From the NCBI GenBank assembly GCA_963792585.1, contig CAWBWI010000001.1:640001-704000 (forward strand): a stretch of 64,000 nt of DNA. Reading direction: 5' to 3'. Source of the DNA: Candidatus Eiseniibacteriota bacterium. GTDB taxonomy: Bacteria > Eisenbacteria > RBG-16-71-46 > CAIMUX01 > VGJL01. Each line of letters begins with the position of its first letter. Positions within the stretch are counted from its first letter, which is position 1. Under the pieces are notes generated by a model. That model worked only from the letters and a program-made list of their open reading frames with translations. It was not told the origin of the DNA and made no database searches. Made by a program: the position numbers and the translations under genes. Of the stretch, positions 9,521-19,098 are shown piece by piece.

Positions 9521-10339
9521 CTACTCGCCACGGGAGAGGGCGCCAGGGTGGCGTGCTTCCAATCCCACCAGCGCCGTTTCCACCCGCTCCTCCCACGCCG
9601 GCGAGCTGGGGACCGTTGCGTCCATCGATCGAAGACGGACGTCCACGGCCCGAACCGGTTTCCCGTCCGTGACGCGCGCGAGCCCGACGTACTTTCCGTC
9701 GACCCCCGGTCCAAGGAAGAGAACGCCGTCTTGCCAGATCGGCGCGGTGTACTTCGCGCCACGGGCTACGACCGCGATGTCCGCGTGGACGATCTCGGCC
9801 GCCGTCGTCGCGAAGCTGAAATCGCCGGAACAGAGCAACACCACCAGGTCGACCCTCGCGAGGGAGCGCACGGCCTTCGCGGCGGGCGCCGGATCGGTTC
9901 GCTCGTCCACAGCCACGAATCCAACGGCCACGCCGTCGCGGACAACGCGGAGGGCTTCATTCGCCTGTAGCGAAGCGGCGTCGCCACCCGCCCCCACGCA
10001 GGCGTCGTAGGCCATCTCCCGATCGGCCGCTTCGAGAAGCGTTTGCAGACCCGTGCGCTCCGCCGGGGGGACGAAGGGATAGCCGGCTAAGGGCTCTTCG
10101 GAGCTGCCCGCATCGACGACGAAGACGGGTCCCGCCGAAGCCGACCGCAGGGAATCGACCCAGCCGATCCGTCGAGCGAGCCCGCCGAGAGGGCGGGCCG
10201 GGCAGGCGCAGGGGACCAGATTGCCCCGAAGCTCCGCGGTGTAGGCGAGGGTGATCGTGCGACCTGCCGCGCCTCCTGCGGGGGCGGCCGAAAGGAGGAG
10301 ACCGCCGGCCATGAGGAGGCCGGCGGTCCGAAGTCGCAT
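9521..10339 (-). CDS. Exported UshA/5'-nucleotidase N-terminal-like protein (Cys form of a family with CxU selenoprotein members)
   Basis: Signal peptide; TITLAYTAELRGNLVPCACPARPLGGLARR; VVDAGS; G..GKYVG; start overlaps the upstream TGA. Confidence 0.7.
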   Translation of the reverse strand: MRLRTAGLLMAGGLLLSAAPAGGAAGRTITLAYTAELRGNLVPCACPARPLGGLARRIGWVDSLRSASAGPVFVVDAGSSEEPLAGYPFVPPAERTGLQTLLEAADREMAYDACVGAGGDAASLQANEALRVVRDGVAVGFVAVDERTDPAPAAKAVRSLARVDLVVLLCSGDFSFATTAAEIVHADIAVVARGAKYTAPIWQDGVLFLGPGVDGKYVGLARVTDGKPVRAVDVRLRSMDATVPSSPAWEERVETALVGLEARHPGALSRGE

Positions 10340-13179
10340 CACGGGAGGACGGCCGTCGACTGGCAACGGACGTCGTCCCAGCGAGCGGCACTGCTGGACG
10401 TGCGGAAGCCGATCTTACCGGTCGCGTTCATCAGTGTGTCGGTGAAGTCGATCACCTGCGCGCAGTCCAGGAAGACGCGGAGGCGCTTCGCCGCGAGGAC
10501 GACCTTGATGTTGTACCACTGATTGTTGCTCAAACTCACGTTGTAGGAGTTGGTCTGCGTCGTCGTCCCGCTGCGCATCCGCTGTACCCGCACGATGTCG
10601 GAATCGGTCCTCAACCCCACCATGTAGAAGTTGTTGTCATCGGTGTAGCGGAAGATCAGGTAGGCCTGTGTTCCCGAGGTTACCTTGATCTTGCCTTCAT
10701 ATGTGATGTCCCCGAGGACATCCCCGCCGATCAAGATGCGGTTGGAGGTCGTCGACGATTGGTACAGCTCGCCGTTGGTGGACATCCACGATCCGCTCCG
10801 GACCGTCCATCCATTGATGTTGCCGTCGTCGAAGTCGTCGAAGACCGCCGCGCCGCGATTGGTGCCGTCCGAGGTGCAGAATCCTCCGATCGGATTCTTG
10901 AAGCGCAGATCGAACGCGACATCGCGGACATCGGCATCGAAGAACAGGACCAGGGGTTCCCCATCATCGACCGTGGTCCAGGATGGCACCGTTACGTCGG
11001 TGACGTTGAGCACCGAATCCGAGGGTCGGGGACCGACGTTTCCGTCCTCTCCCGCCGTGCCGTCAGACTTCCAGATGGAGACCAGCGGCCGGCCGTATTG
11101 AACTTCGGTGACATTGGCGCCGCCCGCCCAGGTCGCGATCAAACGGGCCAGGGTTTGGTCCGTCCCGTTGTCGCTGTAGAGCTCGAGTCGAACGTCTCGG
11201 TTCGCGGAAGCGGTCGTGGCGACCCACGATGCGCAGCCGGCCTGGATCCGGCATGGCACGCAGGTGGTCGTCGCATGGCCCTCGGGTGAGTAGGGACTTT
11301 CGTGAGGCGGCGTGCAGCGGTCATAGGCGGTAGCCGCGATGTAGTAGTCCTGGCAACCCGGAAGGCCCGTCAGACTGAATGCGCAGGACTCGCCTTGATT
11401 GACCGCCTCGCTGTCCAGGGTGATGGGAGAGTTCCCCTCCACGGCCCCGGTGCCGTTGTAGACGCCGGTTGTCGTGCCGTAGTAGAGCTTGTAGCCCTGG
11501 ATGTCGCAGTCGACGCGGTTGGTCGCCCAGGAGATATCAACCCGCTCGTCGAGCCCCGTGGCGGCGAGGGAGGCAGGCTGCTGTGGGATCGCGGGGTCGC
11601 AGGGTTCCGAGAGCATGACGGCGACCTCGTTGCCAAGGCACGTGCCCGTGCCCACGTGCCCGCAAACATCCTGGGTTCTGGCGTGCACGTAGTATGTCTT
11701 GCAACCGATGAGCCCCGTCAAGACCGCGGAGGTGCCGTTCCCCGGGACAACGGTATGTTGCACCACGTTGCCGGGGAGGGTGTCGTAGTAGACCCAAGTG
11801 GCCGCGATCTCTTCCGCAGGCAGAGCACTCAAGTCCTCTCTCAAGGTTGGATTCGTCCAGGACAGGTCCAGTTCCCCCGACTGACCGCCGGGTGCGCCAG
11901 CTAGACTCCCGGGGCACTGCGGCGTCGAGGGGCGATCCACTCGGATCTCAGCGGTGGGGTCGCTCTCCTGACAGCAGACGCGCGCCGAAACCACGTAGTA
12001 GTCGTCGGCGCACGCGTTGGAGACGTGGTCCACGTAGTCGGTGATTCCCGGACCGACGACGGCGATCTGGTTGGTTTCGTCGGGCGTGAATCCCGCAGAC
12101 GTTTCCCGATAGACGAGGTACTCCACCGGCACCGTGATCGATGTGTTGTCGGTGAACTGGGACACCTGGGGCCAGTCGAGCTTCACGCCGGTCGAATCCC
12201 GCGCCACAAGGCTCGCTGGGGCCTTGGGCGTCTTGCCTCCGGAGACGGTAACGTCGCGGCGGCACTGGTAACTCTCCACCCCGCTCCGGCTCACGCACGT
12301 GACTGCGACGAGGTAGTCATCGCAACCGAGTCCGGAGACGGTCCACGAATTCACCGTGCGGGCGAGTCGGGCGTCCAGCGCCAGGTCGTCCGGATCGGTG
12401 CCGAAGTAGAAGTTGAAGTGACTGATCTCGGAGAGGGGAAGCTCCGTTCCGTCCGTGTTGGTGGTGGGAGTCTCCCACGTCATGGTGACCGACGAGCAGT
12501 CGGGAAACGTAGGCGGATCGCACGCCGGCGTAGCCGGACGGCTGCGCGCCGGGGACAAGGGCAAGTTTCGGGGATATACGGTTGAAGAGAGCTCCATCTG
12601 CGCATAGGGGTTTTGTTTCCAGCGCTCGGCTTCCGTCGTCGTGACGTCGACGCTCATCTCGCCGATCAGCTCCGGCTGCGGCACGGGATTGGGCAACTCG
12701 GTGCCTCCGCCATTGAAGTAGCGGATGCTCAAGCCCCCGTTGTGGATCCCGTACGATTGCGGTTGGCTGAAGATCATGACCCCACCGCTGTCGGAGACCG
12801 TCTTCATCAGAATCGTGTCGTCCGGATTCGGTGTCTCGGGATCCCCGTCGGGAGCAAGGAAATAGGCGATGACCTCCGCGCCGGGAACCTCGCTCATGAC
12901 GTCGGCGATGAACACGATGGAGTCGGGCCCCGCGAACCGGATCGAGGGCTGGGTCGGATCCTTGCCGTAGCTCACGTGTCGGAAGTCGTCCGTGAGCGAG
13001 GAGATCGCCACCCGGGCGTTCTGCTGCATTTCGATCAGGTTCTTTCCGATCTCGTGGCTGCGGCGGCCGGCCGCAAAGACCTGATAGAGCCCCGCGGTCA
13101 CGATGCCCGTCAACATCAGCACGACGAGCATCTCGACCAACGTGAAGCCGGGCGAGCGCTTGGGCATCCGGGGGTTCAT
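10339..13179 (-). CDS. Giant PilW-like minor pilin with four FN3-like repeats and a C-terminal ConA/lectin-like domain (946 aa)
   Basis: Class III signal G|FTLVEMLVVLMLTGIV; four P..P..L...v.lsW repeats; FDDFDDG..W...GSW...GKIGF...WDDV; GGAG RBS. Confidence 0.8.
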   Translation of the reverse strand: MNPRMPKRSPGFTLVEMLVVLMLTGIVTAGLYQVFAAGRRSHEIGKNLIEMQQNARVAISSLTDDFRHVSYGKDPTQPSIRFAGPDSIVFIADVMSEVPGAEVIAYFLAPDGDPETPNPDDTILMKTVSDSGGVMIFSQPQSYGIHNGGLSIRYFNGGGTELPNPVPQPELIGEMSVDVTTTEAERWKQNPYAQMELSSTVYPRNLPLSPARSRPATPACDPPTFPDCSSVTMTWETPTTNTDGTELPLSEISHFNFYFGTDPDDLALDARLARTVNSWTVSGLGCDDYLVAVTCVSRSGVESYQCRRDVTVSGGKTPKAPASLVARDSTGVKLDWPQVSQFTDNTSITVPVEYLVYRETSAGFTPDETNQIAVVGPGITDYVDHVSNACADDYYVVSARVCCQESDPTAEIRVDRPSTPQCPGSLAGAPGGQSGELDLSWTNPTLREDLSALPAEEIAATWVYYDTLPGNVVQHTVVPGNGTSAVLTGLIGCKTYYVHARTQDVCGHVGTGTCLGNEVAVMLSEPCDPAIPQQPASLAATGLDERVDISWATNRVDCDIQGYKLYYGTTTGVYNGTGAVEGNSPITLDSEAVNQGESCAFSLTGLPGCQDYYIAATAYDRCTPPHESPYSPEGHATTTCVPCRIQAGCASWVATTASANRDVRLELYSDNGTDQTLARLIATWAGGANVTEVQYGRPLVSIWKSDGTAGEDGNVGPRPSDSVLNVTDVTVPSWTTVDDGEPLVLFFDADVRDVAFDLRFKNPIGGFCTSDGTNRGAAVFDDFDDGNINGWTVRSGSWMSTNGELYQSSTTSNRILIGGDVLGDITYEGKIKVTSGTQAYLIFRYTDDNNFYMVGLRTDSDIVRVQRMRSGTTTQTNSYNVSLSNNQWYNIKVVLAAKRLRVFLDCAQVIDFTDTLMNATGKIGFRTSSSAARWDDVRCQSTAVLP

Positions 13180-13193
13180 CGCAGCTCCTTCCA

Positions 13194-13687
13194 TCAGAGA
13201 CCGCCGCGGCGGACCGTGACCCTTCCCGTTCGGACGAGGGTGACGGTGGCCGAGTCGCCCTCGGCATCGGCGAAGTGGATCACGAGTGGGGCGTCCTCTT
13301 CGAGGACCGTGCCCCGGCTCTCGAACTCGATGTCGGTGTTTACCGGGTCGCCGCCGGCCTCGAAGTCCCAGATGACCTGGGCGGGGATACGGTAGATGCT
13401 GTCTCCGTCCGCGGCCCATGTCGAATCGTTCACGAGACGTTCGGTCCGGTACGCGTGCGATCCCGGCAGGAGGACGAGGCGGTGCGGGATGCGCGTGGCG
13501 ATCGTCCGCTGCCGCTCGAGATTCATCCGCGCGGCAAGGTCGTTCGCCGCCGCCTCCACCCGCCGGCCTCTGTTGGTCTGCGCGAGGTTCGGGACGGCGA
13601 TGGCGAAGACGATTCCAATGACGACGACCACCACCATCGTCTCGACGAGGGTGAATCCGCCGGCCGGTTGCGGTTTGTCTGTTTCAT
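13194..13687 (-). CDS. FimT/GspH-like minor pilin (one frameshift just after the start)
   Basis: MKQTNRNRP then, in a shifted frame, GFTLVETMVVVVVIGIVFAIAVPN; IEFESRG; VTLVRTGRV. Confidence 0.8.
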
Positions 13688-13695
13688 CGCCGTGC

Positions 13696-15309
13696 CTATT
13701 CCGGAAGGAAGTTCGCCAGCGGGGCGCGCACGTCGAAGACTTCCGTCCAGGAGACGTCCTTGTACATGTTGAGCGGCACCGGGAAGCAGGGGGGCGGGTA
13801 GCTCGTCAGGTCCATGTCGTAGTTGTAACGACGCGTCGGGCCGGTCGCCGTTGCGAGGACGGTCGAGTTGTTCCAGGGCGAAGCGCTTCCCGGTACCGAT
13901 CGTGACGATGCCGCCGTTGATGTTCAGGACCCAAGTTCGTGGCCGTGATCGTTGAGTTCGTTCCATCCCTCGCCGCGACCGGATCGTTGTTGTGTGGGTG
14001 TCTCGCCGCTGATTCCGTCCTGGTCGAGGTCCAGCGGGCCGGGACCGGACGACCGGGTGGTCCGTTGTGTTGTCGCCCCCCAAGCCGGACCAGTTCGCGG
14101 TCCGGGAGAGCAGCATCGCGTCCACGCGGAGGACTCGCGGAGTGCCTCGATCGCATGTAGATGTAGTTCTTCGGCGACCAGTCCCACGTTCACCGGGTCT
14201 CCTGTGTGGCTCGGGCAGGCGTGTGATCGGATCGTAGCACGGTGAACCCGGTGATCAGGTTGTTGCTTGAACGTAGACGTTCGAGGTCGCATAGACGGTC
14301 ACGCTGCGGGCGCTGACACCGTCCAGGGTGCCGCGGATCTTGCCGTCGCCCTCGAAGAAGATGATTCCGTTGAAGTCGTGGCATCGGAGCGGCTGACCGG
14401 TTTGGGGATTGATGACGTTCTGCTCCGTTGTACCGGACGCAGGTGTCGGGCGGAGCCGTTGTTACGTTCTCGAAGTCCAACCGGTCGAATACCAGCACGT
14501 TCAGATCCGCACCGGACTGGGTGGCGAGGTGCAGGGGATCGGTTCCTGGAAGGCTGGTATAGAGGCCGACCGTTCCTTTTCTCTCGCACGCGTTGTCGGC
14601 ACCGAGTCCGCGCGCCTTGTCGCGGACGTCTGTCCAGCTGAAGGAGTTCTCGAGGTCGATCGGCTCGGCATTGGTGACGTACCCGCGGTAGAACTCGCCG
14701 CACGCGGCATTGGGCACGTCGTCCACGACGGAGACCATCTCGAGGAAACTGCACCGCTTGGTGGCGGCGCAGTTGCAGGGGATGTTGAGGTTCCCGTTGA
14801 CGAAGACCTCGCCGGTGATGTTGGCGTCGCACTCGTAGGTGAGGTCCGAGAGAGCGGTGAATCGCGCGTACTTCAAGAAGCTGTCGTGAACGATCTCGAC
14901 CTTGACGCGCCGGATGGCTCCCTGGAATCGACCCTCGGAGACGATGGTGAAGCCGTTCGATTGGTAGGCGGTGATGCCCATCCCCTTGACGTCGCTGGCT
15001 TCGGCGATGACGGAGTAGCTGCCGCCCCATGCAAGCGTATCCGCCATGCGGAAATCGGGCCGGCCGTCCTCGTCCTCGTCGGCCATCGGGGCCAGGAGGT
15101 CGCGGATCGAACGCTTCGCAAAAGCGACTCCGGTCTCCGAGGCCGCGAGCGCCTCGACGCTTTGCCGCTCGTACCGGGACAGGTTGCGGTCGCTCATGGC
15201 GACGACCGCCACGGACGAGGCCGAGAATGGAGAGGGCTGCCAGGATGAGGATCGCGAGCAGGAGGGTGCTCCCGTCGCTCGATCGCAGGATGGAACGCAA
15301 CGCCTTCAT
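13696..15309 (-). CDS. PilX-like minor pilin with large C-terminal domain (several frameshifts)
   Basis: DG|STLLLAILILAALSILG (no Glu5), ALAASETGV; pieces across frames ending LNINGGIV...RRYNYDMDLTSYPPPCFP...WTEV...LPE*. Confidence 0.7.
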
Positions 15310-15319
15310 GGTCGCCTCA

Positions 15320-15791
15320 TCAGCTTCCGATTTCGGTGATTGCGAAACGAATCGGGACGGTGACCGTTTCTCCGTCCCTGAGCCAGGAAATCTCGATTTC
15401 CGACCGAGAACATCCCCTGCAGCAACTCCGGGTCTTCCGTCGAGTCCCGGACCCAGATCCGGCCACGTCCGTTGGGACCCAGCTGCTCGGTGAGATGGTT
15501 CGCCCAGACGGTGCAGGGGATGGTCACCGTGCCGGCGTCATCGGTGTCGACCCCATTGAACATCGTCATCACCTGGTCGACCGACTCGCTCAAGATCTTC
15601 TCCTGGATCTCCCGGGCCAGGGATACCGCGGTGGTCTCGGCTCGGCCGAACGAGGCGTTGCGGGTCGAGACGGCAAAGATCTGGCCAACCGAGAGAATGC
15701 CGATGGCCAGCAGAGTTACGGCCACAAGCAACTCCACAAGGGTGAAGCCGCTTTGCGCCCTTCGAATTGGACGAATCGACTTGCTTCTCAT
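15320..15791 (-). CDS. PilV-like minor pilin (frameshift near the C-terminus)
   Basis: QSG|FTLVELLVAVTLLAIGILSV; the shifted frame gives VEIEISWLRDGETVTVPIRFAITEIGS*. Confidence 0.8.
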
Positions 15792-16010
15792 GACGTCCCT
15801 CTCCGGGAGGCGGATTCGCCCCACCGCGGACCGCCCCCATCCGGGGCTAAGCACGAACCATTCCCATGGTTATTGATTCGGGCAATCGGGCCGATTCCTA
15901 CAGTTACGGATCCAGGCGCGCGGGGGGGACGGTGGGGTCCTTGCAAGAAGCCGATGCCGGCATTGCAAGCTGCTCTGCCGGGCGGCCGGAACCTGTATCA
16001 GGAAAACTGC

Positions 16011-16039
16011 TTGACAGGAGCATGGGGGAAAACTATCTT
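16011..16039 (+). promoter_or_regulatory. Sigma70-type promoter for the TBDR cassette
   Basis: TTGACA-N17-TATCTT. Confidence 0.7.
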
Positions 16040-16177
16040 GCCAGCGCCTAAGCTCAGAGCCCCAAGCAACTAGTGAACGATTTCGCGGGTTTGCTTGGGG
16101 GCAGCGTGGTGTGCGGGCCAGTCGGCCCGGGCGGACAGGGAGTCCAAGGGCCTCTCGTTTCGAGCAAAGGGGGACTT

Positions 16178-19043
16178 ATGTTCCGGCAAAAGCGTCTCCA
16201 CCGAATCTTGCTTCTCGTGTTCCTGGCGATCCTCGTGGCGCCGGGTGCGTGGGCAGGGACGGTGGGGAAGATCTCGGGGGTTGTGACCAACGAGGCGAAC
16301 GGCCAGCCGCTCGCAGGGGCAAACGTCACGGTCGTCGGGACCACGATGGGGGCGAACGCCGATGCGGCAGGCAAGTTCTCGATCTTGAACGTTCCTGCAG
16401 GCACCTACCAGGTGCAGGCCACATTGGTCGGGTACAAACCGATCCAGATGAACAACATCACGGTTGCGCCCGACTTCACGACCGAGGTCAACTTCGCCCT
16501 GACCCAGACCGTCCTGGGGATCGTCCAGACGGTCGAAATTCGGGCGGAGAAGCCGCTCATCCAGAAGGACATCACGGGAACGACCCGGTTCATTGGGCGC
16601 GAAGAGATCCAGAACATGCCCACCCGTGGCTACCAGGATGCGGCAAGCCTGCAGGCAGGCGTGACCTCGCAACAGATCAACCAGGACCTGAGCACCGCGG
16701 ATCTCGAGAGCGCGAACTCGCCGAGGCTCCACGTTCGCGGGGGTCGCGCTGAGGAAGTCGCCTACTTCGTCGACGGCTTCTCGCAGCAGGATCCGCTGAC
16801 CGGTCTTTCCACGACATCGATCAACCAGAATGCGATCGACCAGATCGTGGTTCTGACGGGCGGTTTCAACGCCGAATACGGGAAGATCATGTCGGGAGCC
16901 GTCAACGTGATCACGCGCGAGGGGGCCCCGAAGTACTTCGGCTCCATCGAGGCGATCACCGACAACCTCGCCGGCAGCTGGATCGGCGCGAAGAAGTACG
17001 ACAACAACATCTATGACGTCTCGCTGGGCGGGCCGGTCCTGCCCGGCAGCGATGCGTTGTCCTTCTTCGTCAGCGGCGAACGGCGCTGGCAACGGGATCG
17101 GTCCCCGCACCCCGTCGACGGCTTGGGATACACCAAGGAGCAGGAGAAGCTCTTCCTGCGCGACGGCTTGCTGCCGAACAACCAACTCGGCGGCTACACG
17201 TGGCAGGGGAAGCTGACCTGGGCGCTGAACAACTCGTTGAAGCTGCGGGCCGGAACGCTAGGTTCCAAGGACGAGTGGCGGGAGTACCACCACCAGTACG
17301 TCTTCAACCAGGCCCACATGCCCCGCTATGAGGACAGGAACAACAGCGTTTTCGGTACGGCCACGTACACCTTCAACCCGAAGACTTTCGCGACCCTCGG
17401 GGTCAACTGGTTCTACACCGAGCGGTTCCGGGGCGACGGCGTCTATTTCAAGGACCTTTCCTTGTACCCCAGCGAATTGCCGGTGGATCCCGCGACCGGA
17501 TTCCCCATCGGCAATCCCAGGTACGCCGAGAATGCGCCCCTCTTCTGGTACGGCGGAGAGGACAGCACGAAGGGCGCGCATGTCTGGGATGATTACCTGC
17601 ACCGTGAGTCGTCGTATGTCGGCACGAAGGGCGATATTTCCTTCCAGTGGTCACCGACGAACCAGGCGAAGGTCGGGGTCGAGTATCGGCGCCACACGCT
17701 GCGCCGCTATCGCCACCTCTTCCCGGTCCAGGTCTGGAAGGGAGTCGCCGGCGGTGGATACAACGACGTCGACGGGTTTGGCTACGCCCTCGATGACCCC
17801 GAGAAGCACCTCGACTCCGGTCTCGACGGGGCGAAGCATCCCAAGGATGCGTCCCTCTTCTTCCAGAACAAGTACGAGAAGGATCAGTTCGTTCTGAACG
17901 CCGGAATCCGCTACGACTACCTGAACGCGGAGACGGACGTTCTCGCGGACAACAATCTGCCCCTGGGAGAGGACCGCACGGTCCTCGACACGAGCGACCT
18001 CAAGAAGGGCAAGATCCGCCACAAGGTCAGCCCGCGGCTCGGCGTAGGATTCCCCGTGTCCGAGAGGACGCAGTTCCACGCGAACTACGGTCTGTTCTTC
18101 CAGCAACCGAACCTCGAAAACCTCTATACCAGCTACGGCTATCTCGAGTACAAGGCAAAGGTCGGCGGGTACTACTACCCGTTCGGAAACCCGGATCTGG
18201 CACCGGAGACGACGACCGCTTACGAGGTTGGCTTCACGCAGCAACTCGCCGTCGAATGCGCGTCTCGACGTCACGGCGTTCTACAAGAACGTGCAGGACC
18301 TCGTGCAGGTCGAATCGATCCGGTCGTCCCCGAACTCCTACACGACCTTCCGGAACACCGACTACGGGACGATCAAGGGCGTCGATTTCGCGTTCGACAT
18401 GCGCCGGACGGAGAACACCACCGCGACGGTGAACTACACCTTCTCGTATGCCAACGGCACCGGGTCGGTGTCGAACACCCAGCGCAACATCGCATGGACC
18501 GGCGGCATTCCGCCGAAGCAGACGCTCCGCGCTGGACTTCGACCAGCGTCACAAGATCTCGCTCAACGTCGATTGGCGGCTCGGTCGGGGGCAGGGTCCT
18601 CTGCTCGGCTGCCTCCACCCTCTCGAGGACTTTGGATTCAACGTCCTCGTGAACATGGGGAGCGGCACGCCCTACACGCCGACCAAGCCGTACGACGAGG
18701 TTACCCTCGCGGCGGTCAACATCGAGCCGGCCGGTCCGATCAACAGCCGCTACGGCCCGTGGACCTATCGGGTCGACCTGAAGGCGGACCGCACCATTCA
18801 ACGTCGGGTGGACTGAACGTCAATGCCTACATCTGGATCCTGAACGTGTTGAACCGGAAGAATCCGGCCAACGTCTACACGTCGAGCGGAGTGAGCGACG
18901 AAACCGGGTGGCTCAGCAATCCGGTCGGGGAGCGGGCGTACAGCACCGCGGAGCTGCGGGAGCGGTACAACCTTGCCCAGAGCAACCCGAACAACTACGA
19001 CGTGCCGCGGATGGTGCGCTTTGGACTCAAGACCAGCTTCTAG
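16178..19043 (+). CDS. TonB-dependent receptor with N-terminal carboxypeptidase-regulatory-like domain (at least 3 frameshifts)
   Basis: Signal peptide; GTVGKISGVV..GQPLAGANV; plug LHVRGGR..EVAYFVDG, GGFNAEYG..SGAVN; SPRLGVGFP; GNPDLAPE; C-terminal PRMVRFGLKTSF. Confidence 0.9.
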
Positions 19044-19098
19044 GAGCAGGGAATGCGCGGGACGGCCGCGGCCGCGGTCGTCCCGACAAGGAGGTTCT

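Larger units (their letters stand above)
8133..9522 (-). mobile_element. Insertion sequence, IS1/IS1595-like, ~1.39 kb
   Basis: Perfect 23-bp terminal inverted repeats AGGTTGTGGATCGAAGATTGGTG (8133-8155) and its reverse complement (9500-9522) flanking a single transposase ORF. Confidence 0.9.

Noticed and set aside
13180..13419. N-terminal 80 aa of the 1026-aa ORF
   Set aside because: Overlaps the fimT-like gene; RBS and prepilin leader place the start at 13179
15849..15866. Minus-strand GG-N10-GC (GGAATGGTTCGTGC) as a sigma54 promoter for pilV
   Set aside because: Spacing fits but the match to TGGCAC...TTGC is weak
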